From Balanoglossus misakiensis (lineage: Eukaryota > Animalia > Hemichordata), in the NCBI GenBank assembly GCA_040954595.2, contig CM082590.2, positions 7,378,001 through 7,442,000 of the forward strand: a stretch of 64,000 nucleotides of DNA, written 5' to 3'. The notes under the pieces were generated by a model that saw only the letters and a list, made by a program, of their open reading frames with translations, searched no databases and was not told where the DNA came from. The position numbers and the translations under genes were made by a program. This document shows positions 51,385-64,000 of this stretch, piece after piece; within the stretch, counting starts at the first letter, position 1; each line of letters opens with the position of its first letter.

Positions 51385-52944
51385 TTAACTAGACAAAACA
51401 AATGACGGGTGATTGTAAAAAGAAATTGGCACCGCGTTCACTCCAAAATCAGCAGCGCTCACGCCTCGGTATTCAAGGTCCGACAGCCGACCGCACCATG
51501 ACGTAGTCCGTCAATGCCCTTGTTTAGTAATAAAACTAAAACCGCTTCGCAACTAATCGGGGCCGCTTCGTGTTGGGTGTATAAAATCTCAGTATCTTCG
51601 TTCAATTTATTTCCGATGCAAGTTTTTGTGCGCGTGTAGATATCTTCGTGAAATCGAATCGAGGCTAATCATAAATCGCACGGATGTTCAATTTTCCGCG
51701 TTGATGTCACGTAAATTTTTAAGCGCAAGTTTGACTTTAATTGTAGCGCAGGTAAATTTAAGCACAAGTTTAATTTTTTCAGCAGATAACTTTTAACGCG
51801 CCGTGACATTTTTTTAGTGGATAGACACGATCCGAATTTTTTTGTAGTATTTACACGGTGCACTTTTTAGAATTTTCTTTTCTCAATACAGAAGCAGACG
51901 TCCTCAAGTACTTGAAAAAAATAAGTCTTACTAAAGGAAACAAAAATAGTTACTCTTGGAAACAACTAAAGCAAAAATAATTTAAAAAGAAAAAAAAGCA
52001 AGACATTGCTTTTGCTGTTTTGGGGGAACAAGATCGGCCTCCGCCTTACGGCGCTGGTTCTGGGGGCGAAGTCTGCCTCATGTCAGAGCGCCCGCACACG
52101 ACTGATTATGAGTTTTCCCTTCAACGTTTACTTTGACCTCTGACCTATCACAGTTCAAAATGGCTGCATGTATATTTGTGAAGGCTTTGCGTGCGGTCTG
52201 TTTCTTCTGTTCATGAATTTGTGCGTGATGTGTCCATGAAACGCTTCTGACATGCTTTCAAATCTTGGATGAGCGTCGAGCGATAGAAGGGTAAGCTAAC
52301 TAACTTTGACTAGGGCCCGTGTTGTGCGTCAATTCACGCAAAGTTTAGTGCGGGTCCGTGGTGTGTGCATAATTTCAGGTTGAGTTTTGCAAATTTTGAC
52401 CTCCTACACTTCACTTGTAAACTTGCAGAATTGGATGCTCTTTGGGATGAGATTAAACTGGATGACGATGCGTCGTATCTTGATGAAGAAGTCAACGCAC
52501 CAGCAGCGCCTGGAGCAGACAGTGTGGCTACAAATAAGGTAAGGTGTTGTGACTTTTCTTGAAGCGATACATTTCTATGGAGAAAATTTAAAGGAAGGAT
52601 TTTTATGCCTTTTGGCCCAGGGCTACTTAAGATCATTCATTATTATTAAATAAGTTCATTTACTCATTAAATTCGGGTGGGGGGAGGGGGTCTTCAAAAT
52701 TGTGACTTTCAAAATGGCCGCCAAATTTGATGTTCAAAATGGCCGCCTATATCTGTGCTTAGTCTATGGCATTCAAAATGGCCGCCAAAGTTAGTGACTT
52801 TGACAATCTCTATGGTAAACATTATGGAGAAAATTTACTGTAGTTATTTGTGTTAAAATGAATTAATGGATGACACCCAGTTTAGTTTTGTTCCTAAAAT
52901 TCGGTCCTAGAGGTCTTGATAAAAATTTAAGCTTTAAAAAATGT

Positions 52945-55585
52945 CAGACAAGCTTGTTCCCCAAATTACTTTTAGACTTGTTCCCCAAATTAATTGTAGA
53001 CTTGTTCCCCAAATTAATTGTAGACTTGTTTCTTAATTTAGTTTTAGACTTGTTCCCCAAATTAATTGTAGACTTGTTTCTTAATTTAGCTTTAGAGTTG
53101 TTCCTCAAATTACTTTTAGACTTGTTCCCCAAATTAATTGTAGACTTGTTTCTTAATTTAGTTTTAGACTTGTTCCCCAAATTAATTGTAGACTTGTTTC
53201 TTAATTTAGCTTTAGAGTTGTTCCTCAAATTACTTTTAGACTTGTTCCCGAAATTAATTGTAGACTTGTTCCCCAAATTACTTTTAGACTTGTTTCTTAA
53301 TTTAGTTTTAGACTTGTTCCCCAAATTAATTGTAGACTTGTTTCTTAAATTACTTTTAGACTTGTTTCTTAATTTAGTTTTTGACTTGTTCCCCAAATTA
53401 ATTGTAGACTTGTTTCTTAATTTAGTTTTAGACTTGTTCCCCAAATTAATTTTAGACTTGTTCCCGAAATTAATTGTAGACTTGTTCCCCAAATTACTTT
53501 TAGACTTGTTTCTTAATTTAGTTTTAGACTTGTTTCTCAAATTAATTGTAGACTTGTTTCTCAAATTACTTTTAGACTTGTTCCCCAAATTAATTTTAGA
53601 CTTGTTCCCCAAATTAATTGTAGACTTGTTTCTCAAATTACTTTTAGACTTGTTCCCCAAATTAATTGTAGACTTGTTCCCCAAATTACTTTTAGACTTG
53701 TTTCTTAATTTAGTTTTAGACTTGTTCCCCAAATTAATTGTAGACTTGTTCCTCAAATTACTTTTAGACTTGTTTCTTAATTTAGTTTTAGACTTGTTCC
53801 CCAAATTAATTGTAGACTTGTTTCTTAAATTACTTTTAGACTTGTTTCTTAATTTAGTTTTAGACTTGTTCCCCAAATTAATTGTAGACTTGTTCCTCAA
53901 ATTAATTGTAGACTTGTTCCTCAAATTACTTTTAGACTTGTTCCCCAAATTAATTTTAGACTTGTTCCCCAATTTAATTGTAGACTTGTTCCCCAAATTA
54001 ATTTTAGACTTGTTCCCCAAATTAATTGTAGACTTGTTTCTCAAATTACTTTTAGACTTGTTCCCCAAATTAATTTTAGACTTGTTCCCCAAATTAATTG
54101 TAGACTTGTTCCTCAAATTACTTTTAGACTTGTTCCCGAAATTAATTTTAGACTTGTTCCCCAAATTACTTTTAGACTTGTTTCTTAATTTAGTTTTAGA
54201 CTTGTTCCCCAAATTAATTGTAGACTTGTTTCTTAAATTACTTTTAGACTTGTTTCTTAATTTAGTTTTTGACTTGTTCCCCAAATTAATTGTAGACTTG
54301 TTTCTTAATTTAGTTTTAGACTTGTTCCCCAAATTAATTTTAGACTTGTTCCCGAAATTAATTGTAGACTTGTTCCCCAAATTACTTTTAGACTTGTTTC
54401 TTAATTTAGTTTTAGACTTGTTCCCCAAATTAATTGTAGACTTGTTTCTTAAATTACTTTTAGACTTGTTTCTTAATTTAGTTTTTGACTTGTTCCCCAA
54501 ATTAATTGTAGACTTGTTTCTTAATTTAGTTTTAGACTTGTTCCCCAAATTAATTTTAGACTTGTTCCCGAAATTAATTGTAGACTTGTTCCCCAAATTA
54601 CTTTTAGACTTGTTTCTTAATTTAGTTTTAGACTTGTTTCTTAATTTAGTTTTAGACTTGTTCCCCAAATTAATTGTAGACTTGTTCCTCAAATTACTTT
54701 TAGACTTGTTTTATAATTTAGTTTTAGACTTTTGTTCCCCAAATTAATTGTAGACTTGTTCCCCAAATTAATTTTAGACTTGTTTCTTAATTTAGTTTTA
54801 GACTTGTTTCTTAATTTAGTTTTAGACTTGTTTCTTAATGTAGTTGTAGACTTGTTCCCCCTAATTAATTGTAGACTTGTTTCTCAAATTACTTTTAGAC
54901 TTGTTTCTTAATTTAGTTTTAGACTTGTTTCTTAATTTAGTTGTAGACTTGTTCCCCCTAATTAATTGTAGACTTGTTTCTCAAATTACTTTTAGACTTG
55001 TTTCTTAATTTAGTTTTAGACTTGTTTCTTAATTTAGTTTTAGACTTGTTCCCCAAATTAATTGTAGACTTGTTCCTCAAATTACTTTTAGACTTGTTTT
55101 ATAATTTAGTTTTAGACTTTTGTTCCCCAAATTAATTGTAGACTTGTTCCCCAAATTAATTTAAGACTTGTTCCCCAAATTAATTGTAGACTTGTTCCTC
55201 AAATTACTTTTAGACTTGTTTTATAATTTAGTTTTAGACTTTTGTTCCCCAAATTAATTGTAGACTTGTTCCCCAAATTAATTTAAGACTTCTTCCCCAA
55301 ATTAATTGTAGACTTGTTCCTCAAATTACTTTTAGACTTGTTTCTTAATTTAGTTTTAGACTTGTTCCCCAAATTAATTGTAGACTTGTTCCTCAAATTA
55401 CTTTTAGACCTGTTTCTTAATTTAGTTTTAGACTTGTTCCCTAAATTAATTGTAGACTTGTTCCCCAAATTAATTGTAGACTTGTTCCTCAAATTACTTT
55501 TAGACTTGTTTCGTAAATTACTTTAGACTTTTGCAGAGCCACGTTTTCTCAATTTTATTTTAGACTTGTACCTCAAATTACTTTC
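52945..55585 (+). repeat. 24-bp satellite, array 2
   Basis: Same monomer family as array 1; 8-aa periodic spurious ORFs. Confidence 0.96.
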
Positions 55586-55899
55586 AAAAGACTTTCATTT
55601 CAATGTGTTTGTGTTACTCGGTGCATTTCCTCTGATTCTTGGATGACACTCCTATTTCCATTTGACAGGATGGTGTTCCAGTGGATGAGTTCCGAAGATT
55701 GCCTTTCCACCAAGGTTTCAACAGTCATGTTGTTTACTTGAATTATTTTTTGTATCCACAATGACAGTCATTATTGTTACTTGCTGTACATCTGAGATTG
55801 AATTATTTGGATTGTCTTTTTGAAACCTGTAATGAGTTTTATTCTAGACAATAAAAAGTAAGTTTCATGTGATTTGTTATTGTGTACATTACAATTTAT

Positions 55900-58800
55900 T
55901 AGTCTTGTAGGCTGGTCTCTCTCTATACTAGACTTGTAGGCTGGTCTCTCTCTATACTAGACTTGTAGGCTGGTCTCTCTCTATACTAGACTTGTAGGCT
56001 GGTCTCTCTCTATACTAGACTTGTAGGCTGGTCTCTCTCTATACTAGACTTGTAGGCTGGTCTCTCTCTATACTAGACTTGTAGGCTGGTCTCTCTCTAT
56101 ACTAGTCTTGTAGGCTGGTCTCTCTCTATACTAGACTTGTAGGCTGGTCTCTCTCTATACTAGACTTGTAGGCTGGTCTCTCTCTATACTAGTCTTGTAG
56201 GCTGGTCTCTCTCTATACTAGACTTGTAGGCTGGTCTCTCTCTATACTAGTCTTGTAGGCTGGTCTCTCTCTATACTAGACTTGTAGGCTGGTCTCTCTC
56301 TATACTAGACTTGTAGGCTGGTCTCTCTCTATACTAGACTTGTAGGCTGGTCTCTCTCTATACTAGACTTGTAGGCTGGTCTCTCTCTATACTAGACTTG
56401 TAGGCTGGTCTCTCTCTATACTAGACTTGTAGGCTGGTCTCTCTCTATACTAGTCTTGTAGGCTGGTCTCTCTCTATACTAGACTTGTAGGCTGGTCTCT
56501 CTCTATACTAGACTTGTAGGCTGGTCTCTCTCTATACTAGACTTGTAGGCTGGTCTCTCTCTATACTAGACTTGTAGGCTGGTCTCTCTCTATACTAGAC
56601 TTGTAGGCTGGTCTCTCTCTATACTAGACTTGTAGGCTGGTCTCTCTCTATACTAGACTTGTAGGCTGGTCTCTCTCTATACTAGTCTTGTAGGCTGGTC
56701 TCTCTCTATACTAGACTTGTAGGCTGGTCTCTCTCTATACTAGTCTTGTAGGCTGGTCTCTCTCTATACTAGTCTTGTAGGCTGGTCTCTCTCTATACTA
56801 GACTTGTAGGCTGGTCTCTCTCTATACTAGACTTGTAGGCTGGTCTCTCTCTATACTAGACTTGTAGGCTGGTCTCTCTCTATACTAGACTTGTAGGCTG
56901 GTCTCTCTCTATACTAGTCTTGTAGGCTGGTCTCTCTCTATACTAGACTTGTAGGCTGGTCTCTCTCTATACTAGACTTGTAGGCTGGTCTCTCTCTATA
57001 CTAGACTTGTAGGCTGGTCTCTCTCTATACTAGTCTTGTAGGCTGGTCTCTCTCTATACTAGACTTGTAGGCTGGTCTCTCTCTATACTAGTCTTGTAGG
57101 CTGGTCTCTCTCTATACTAGACTTGTAGGCTGGTCTCTCTCTATACTAGACTTGTAGGCTGGTCTCTCTCTATACTAGACTTGTAGGCTGGTCTCTCTCT
57201 ATACTAGACTTGTAGGCTGGTCTCTCTCTATACTAGTCTTGTAGGCTGGTCTCTCTCTATACTAGACTTGTAGGCTGGTCTCTCTCTATACTAGACTTGT
57301 AGGCTGGTCTCTCTCTATACTAGTCTTGTAGGCTGGTCTCTCTCTATACTAGACTTGTAGGCTGGTCTCTCTCTATACTAGACTTGTAGGCTGGTCTCTC
57401 TCTATACTAGACTTGTAGGCTGGTCTCTCTCTATACTAGTCTTGTAGGCTGGTCTCTCTCTATACTAGTCTTGTAGGCTGGTCTCTCTCTATACTAGACT
57501 TGTAGGCTGGTCTCTCTCTATACTAGACTTGTAGGCTGGTCTCTCTCTATACTAGACTTGTAGGCTGGTCTCTCTCTATACTAGACTTGTAGGCTGGTCT
57601 CTCTCTATACTAGTCTTGTAGGCTGGTCTCTCTCTATACTAGACTTGTAGGCTGGTCTCTCTCTATACTAGACTTGTAGGCTGGTCTCTCTCTATACTAG
57701 TCTTGTAGGCTGGTCTCTCTCTATACTAGACTTGTAGGCTGGTCTCTCTCTATACTAGACTTGTAGGCTGGTCTCTCTCTATACTAGACTTGTAGGCTGG
57801 TCTCTCTCTATACTAGACTTGTAGGCTGGTCTCTCTCTATACTAGACTTGTAGGCTGGTCTCTCTCTATACTAGTCTTGTAGGCTGGTCTCTCTCTATAC
57901 TAGACTTGTAGGCTGGTCTCTCTCTATACTAGACTTGTAGGCTGGTCTCTCTCTATACTAGTCTTGTAGGCTGGTCTCTCTCTATACTAGTCTTGTAGGC
58001 TGGTCTCTCTCTATACTAGACTTGTAGGCTGGTCTCTCTCTATACTAGACTTGTAGGCTGGTCTCTCTCTATACTAGACTTGTAGGCTGGTCTCTCTCTA
58101 TACTAGACTTGTAGGCTGGTCTCTCTCTATACTAGACTTGTAGGCTGGTCTCTCTCTATACTAGACTTGTAGGCTGGTCTCTCTCTATACTAGACTTGTA
58201 GGCTGGTCTCTCTCTATACTAGTCTTGTAGGCTGGTCTCTCTCTATACTAGTCTTGTAGGCTGGTCTCTCTCTATACTAGTCTTGTAGGCTGGTCTCTCT
58301 CTATACTAGACTTGTAGGCTGGTCTCTCTCTATACTAGACTTGTAGGCTGGTCTCTCTCTATACTAGACTTGTAGGCTGGTCTCTCTCTATACTAGACTT
58401 GTAGGCTGGTCTCTCTCTATACTAGTCTTGTAGGCTGGTCTCTCTCTATACTAGACTTGTAGGCTGGTCTCTCTCTATACTAGACTTGTAGGCTGGTCTC
58501 TCTCTATACTAGACTTGTAGGCTGGTCTCTCTCTATACTAGACTTGTAGGCTGGTCTCTCTCTATACTAGTCTTGTAGGCTGGTCTCTCTCTATACTAGT
58601 CTTGTAGGCTGGTCTCTCTCTATACTAGACTTGTAGGCTGGTCTCTCTCTATACTAGACTTGTAGGCTGGTCTCTCTCTATACTAGACTTGTAGGCTGGT
58701 CTCTCTCTATACTAGACTTGTAGGCTGGTCTCTCTCTATACTAGACTTGTAGGCTGGTCTCTCTCTATACTAGACTTGTAGGCTGGTCTCTCTCTATACT

Positions 58801-59902
58801 AGACTTGTAGGCTGGTCTCTCTCTATACTAGACTTGTAGGCTGGTCTCTCTCTATACTAGACTTGTAGGCTGGTCTCTCTCTATACTAGTCTTGTAGGCT
58901 GGTCTCTCTCTATACTAGTCTTGTAGGCTGGTCTCTCTCTATACTAGTCTTGTAGGCTGGTCTCTCTCTATACTAGTCTTGTAGGCTGGTCTCTCTCTAT
59001 ACTAGTCTTGTAGGCTGGTCTCTCTCTATACTAGACTTGTAGGCTGGTCTCTCTCTATACTAGACTTGTAGGCTGGTCTCTCTCTATACTAGTCTTGTAG
59101 GCTGGTCTCTCTCTATACTAGACTTGTAGGCTGGTCTCTCTCTATACTAGTCTTGTAGGCTGGTCTCTCTCTATACTAGTCTTGTAGGCTGGTCTCTCTC
59201 TATACTAGTCTTGTAGGCTGGTCTCTCTCTATACTAGACTTGTAGGCTGGTCTCTCTCTATACTAGACTTGTAGGCTGGTCTCTCTCTATACTAGACTTG
59301 TAGGCTGGTCTCTCTCTATACTAGACTTGTAGGCTGGTCTCTCTCTATACTAGACTTGTAGGCTGGTCTCTCTCTATACTAGACTTGTAGGCTGGTCTCT
59401 CTCTATACTAGACTTGTAGGCTGGTCTCTCTCTATACTAGTCTTGTAGGCTGGTCTCTCTCTATACTAGTCTTGTAGGCTGGTCTCTCTCTATACTAGTC
59501 TTGTAGGCTGGTCTCTCTCTATACTAGACTTGTAGGCTGGTCTCTCTCTATACTAGACTTGTAGGCTGGTCTCTCTCTATACTAGACTTGTAGGCTGGTC
59601 TCTCTCTATACTAGTCTTGTAGGCTGGTCTCTCTCTATACTAGTCTTGTAGGCTGGTCTCTCTCTATACTAGTCTTGTAGGCTGGTCTCTCTCTATACTA
59701 GTCTTGTAGGCTGGTCTCTCTCTATACTAGTCTTGTAGGCTGGTCTCTCTCTATACTAGACTTGTAGGCTGGTCTCTCTCTATACTAGACTTGTAGGCTG
59801 GTCTCTCTCTATACTAGACTTGTAGGCTGGTCTCTCTCTATACTAGACTTGTAGGCTGGTCTCTCTCTATACTAGACTTGTAGGCTGGTCTCTCTCTATA
59901 CT
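55900..59902 (+). repeat. 29-bp satellite, about 138 copies
   Basis: (ag[a/t]cttgtaggctggtctctctctatact)n. Confidence 0.97.
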
Positions 59903-60271
59903 GTATAAGTGTAATGTTATTGTAATACTATATAAAAAGAGTACTGTTGATTAATAAACAATACACAGTAATAATGTCTATATGCAGTCAATTTTATTTT
60001 ATCTACAATCATAACTGAACTGTGAAACAAAGTATGATGGATGATAATACAAACTACTTGTAAAAACAGTCTTTCAAAAAAAATTGGTTGAGTATAAAGT
60101 AGAAATCCAAAGACAGTACATATCAAAATGGCAAAACAAGAGTTGGAAAAAAACCTAAAATGGCCACAAATTCAAATCAAGCAGCTATGTTCTCCAAGCG
60201 TGAAAGCTGTGTAGTCTCTTCTCTGCTGTGGTATGGCCCACATATCTGATACCTGTGAAAAAACAAGAGAC

Positions 60272-63200
60272 ATAAAATTAATTTGGGGAACAAGTCTACA
60301 AGTAATTTGGGGAACAAGTCTAAAACTAAATTAAGAAACAAGTCTAAAAGTAATTTAAGGAACAAGTCTACAATTAATTTGAGAAGCAAGTCTAAAACTA
60401 AATTAAGAAACAAGTCTACAATTAATTTGGGGAACAAGTCTACAAGTAATTTGGGGAACAAGTCTAAAATTAATTTGGGGAACAAGTCTACAATTAATTT
60501 GGGGAACAAGTCTAAAACTAAATTTAAGAAGCAAGTCTAAAACTAAATTAAGAAACAAGTCTACAATTAATTTGAGAAACAAGTCTAAAACTAAATTAAG
60601 AAACAAGTCTAAAATTAATTTGGGGAACAAGTCTACAATTAATTTGGGGAACAAGTCTAAAACTAAATTTAAGAAACAAGTCTAAAAGTAATTTGAGGAA
60701 CAAGTCTACAATTAATTTGAGAAACAAGTCTAAAACTAAATTAAGAAACAAGTCTAAAAGTAATTTAAGGAACAAGTCTAAAATTAATTTGGGGAACAAG
60801 TCTACAAGTAATTTGGGGAACAAGTCTAAAATTAATTTGAGAAACAAGTCTAAAACTAAATTAAGAAACAAGTCTAAAAGTAATTTAAGGAACAAGTCTA
60901 CAATTAATTTGAGAAGCAAGTCTAAAACTAAATTAAGAAACAAGTCTACAATTAATTTGGGGAACAAGTCTACAAGTAATTTGGGGAACAAGTCTAAAAT
61001 TAATTTGGGGAACAAGTCTACAATTAATTTGGGGAACAAGTCTAAAACTAAATTTAAGAAGCAAGTCTAAAACTAAATTAAGAAACAAGTCTACAATTAA
61101 TTTGGGGAACAAGTCTACAAGTAATTTGGGGAACAAGTCTAAAATTAATTGGGGGAACAAGTCTACAATTAATTTGGAGAACAAGTCTAAAACTAAATTT
61201 AAGAAACAAGTCTAAAAGTAATTTAAGGAACAAGTCTACAATTAATTTGAGAAGCAAGTCTAAAACTAAATTAAGAAACAAGTCTACAATTGATTTGGGG
61301 AACAAGTCTACAAGTAATTTGGGGAACAAGTCTAAAATTAATTGGGGGAACAAGTCTACAATTAATTTGGAGAACAAGTCTAAAACTAAATTTAAGAAAC
61401 AAGTCTAAAAGTAATTTAAGGAACAAGTCTACAATTAATTTGAGAAGCAAGTCTAAAACTAAATTAAGAAACAAGTCTACAATTAATTTGGGGAACAAGT
61501 CTACAAGTAATTAGGGGAACAAGTCTAAAATTAATTGGGGGAACAAGTCTACAATTAATTTGGAGAACAAGTCTAAAACTAAATTTAAGAAACAAGTCTA
61601 AAAGTAATTTAAGGAACAAGTCTACAATTAATTTGAGAAGCAAGTCTAAAACTAAATTAAGAAACAAGTCTACAATTAATTTGGGGAACAAGTCTACAAG
61701 TAATTTGGGGAACAAGTCTACAATTAATTTGGGGAACAAGTCTAAAACTAAATTTAAGAAGCAAGTCTAAAACTAAATTAAGAAACAAGTCTACAATTAA
61801 TTTGGGGAACAAGTCTACAAGTAATTTGGGGAACAAGTCTAAAATTAATTGGGGGAACAAGTCTACAATTAATTTGGAGAACAAGTCTAAAACTAAATTT
61901 AAGAAACAAGTCTAAAAGTAATTTGAGGAACAAGTCTACAATTAATTTGAGAAACAAGTCTAAAAGTTATTTGGGGGAACAAGTCTAAAAGTAATTTGAG
62001 ATACAAGTCTACAATTAATTTGGGGAACAAGTCTACAATTAATTTGAGAAACAAGTCTAAAATTAAATTAAGAAACAAGTCTAAAAGTAATTTAAGGAAC
62101 AAGTCTACAATTAATTTGGGGAACAAGTCTACAATTAATTTGAGAAACAAGTCTAAAACTAAATTAAGAAACAAGTCTAAAAGTAATTTAAGGAACAAGT
62201 CTACAATTAATTTGGGGAACAAGTCTACAATTAATTTGAGAAACAAGTCTAAAACTAAATTAAGAAACAATTCTAAAAGTAATTTAAGGAACAAGTCTAA
62301 AAGTAATTTGGGGAACAAGTCTTAAATTAATTTGAGGAACAAGTCTACAATTAATTTGAGAAACAAGTCTAAAACTAAATTTAAGAAGCAAGTCTAAAAC
62401 TAAATTAAGAAACAAGTCTACAATTAATTTGGGGAACAAGTCTACAAGTAATTTGGGGAACAAGTCTAAAATTAATTTGGGGAACAAGTCTACAATTAAT
62501 TTGGGGAACAAGTCTAAAACTAAATTTAAGAAACAAGTCTAAAAGTAATTTGAGGAACAAGTCTACAATTAATTTGAGAAACAAGTCTAAAACTAAATTA
62601 AGAAAGAAGTCTAAAAGTAATTTAAGGAACAAGTCTAAAATTAATTTGGGGAACAAGTCTACAATTAATTTGGGGAACAAGTCTACAAGTAATTTGGGGA
62701 ACAAGTCTAAAATTAATTTGGGGAACAAGTCTACAATTAATTTGGGGAACAAGTCTAAAACTAAATTTAAGAAACAAGTCTAAAAGTAATTTGAGGAACA
62801 AGTCTACAATTAATTTGAGAAACAAGTCTAAAACTAAATTAAGAAAGAAGTCTAAAAGTAATTTAAGGAACAAGTCTAAAATTAATTTGGGGAACAAGTC
62901 TACAAGTAATTTGGGGAACAAGTCTAAAATTAATTTGGGGAACAAGTCTACAATTAATTTGGGGAACAAGTCTAAAACTAAATTTAAGAAGCAAGTCTAA
63001 AACTAAATTAAGAAACAAGTCTACAATTAATTTGGGGAACAAGTCTACAAGTAATTTGGGGAACAAGTCTAAAATTAATTTGGGGAACAAGTCTACAATT
63101 AATTTGAGAAACAAGTCTAAAACTAAATTAAGAAACAATTCTAAAAGTAATTTAAGGAACAAGTCTAAAAGTAATTTGGGGAACAAGTCTTAAATTAATT

Positions 63201-63795
63201 TGAGGAACAAGTCTACAATTAATTTGAGAAACAAGTCTAAAACTAAATTAAGAAACAAGTCTAAAATTAATTTGAGAAACAAGTCTACAATTCATTTGAG
63301 AAACAAGTCTAAAACTAAATTAAGAAACAAGTCTAAAAGTAATTTAAGGAACAAGTCTAAAATTAATTTGGGGAACAAGTCTAAAATTAATTTGAGAAAC
63401 AAGTCTAAAAGTAATTTAAGGAACAAGTCTAAAAGTAATTTAAGGAACAAGTCTACAATTAATTTCGGGAACAAGTCTAAAAGTAATTTGGGGAACAAGT
63501 CTACAATTAATCTTAGAAACAAGTCTAAAAGTAATTTAAGGAACAAGTCTAAAAGTAATTTGAGAAACAAGTCTAAAATTAATTTGCGAAACAAGTCTAA
63601 AACTAAATTAAGAATCAAGTCTAAAATTAATTTGGGGAACAAGTCTAAAATTAATTTGAGGAACAAGTCTAAAACTAATTTGAGGAACAAGTCTAAAACT
63701 AATTTGAGGAACAAGTCTTAAATTAACTTGATGAACAAGTGGCCTGCAAAAGTCTACAATTAATTTGCAAAACAAGTCTAAATGTAAATTGAGAA
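60272..63795 (-). repeat. 24-bp satellite, array 3 (inverted orientation)
   Basis: (caattaatttggggaacaagtcta)n, the reverse complement of arrays 1 and 2. Confidence 0.96.
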
Positions 63796-64000
63796 GCGGC
63801 TCTGCCAAAAAAATTTTCACCAACAAGATTACTGTTTCCAAAGAAACGGCACTTTTTTTATACAGAGTGGACACAATTACAGAAAAGTGATACAAAATCC
63901 CTTCAATTTTTCTCCATAGACATAGCACAGATGTAGACGGCCATTTTGAACCTCAAATTTGGCGGCCATTTTGAATGTCATACACTTAGCATAGATGTAG

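Noticed and set aside
52870-54747. 625-aa and 582-aa ORFs (LFPKLIVD / NKSKINLG repeats), superficially LRR-like
   Set aside because: Translations of the 24-bp satellite, which lacks stops in some frames; the same applies to ORFs at 49.6-50 kb and 60-63.9 kb, which are broken by frequent 1-bp indels.
55900-59902. 29-bp repeat as a CRISPR array
   Set aside because: Head-to-tail units with no unique spacers, no cas genes, eukaryotic context.

Overview
Eukaryotic, AT-rich animal genomic DNA, probably an invertebrate deuterostome (inferred from gene and repeat style, not provable here). (1) A 17-exon + strand M1 zinc metallopeptidase gene (3073..41193, about 1015 aa by manual splicing, all GT-AG junctions in phase). 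It carries the signature residues of TRH-degrading ectoenzyme (pyroglutamyl peptidase II): QFSP, AAMEN, HEXXH-18-E with WLKEG. (2) Nested antisense in its 24.6-kb intron 5 is a tandem array of five intact TRIM-NHL genes with intronless CDS (RING, 2 B-box, coiled coil, filamin, 6 NHL). Their scaffolds are almost identical, but the same few loop codons (xxPx and Dxx) of every NHL blade are hypervariable and shuffled between paralogs. This is the best candidate for an undescribed system: a diversifying, receptor-like E3 ligase repertoire. The array junctions coincide with CA/TACA microsatellites. (3) Many MITEs (several TTAA-flanked, one nested in another), a Helentron-like element and a tRNA-like Pol III head. 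(4) From about 44.6 kb onward, three satellite families (about 80, 24 and 29 bp) that generate spurious ORFs. No CRISPR array, rRNA or bacterial features. All coordinates were read by eye; no searches were run.
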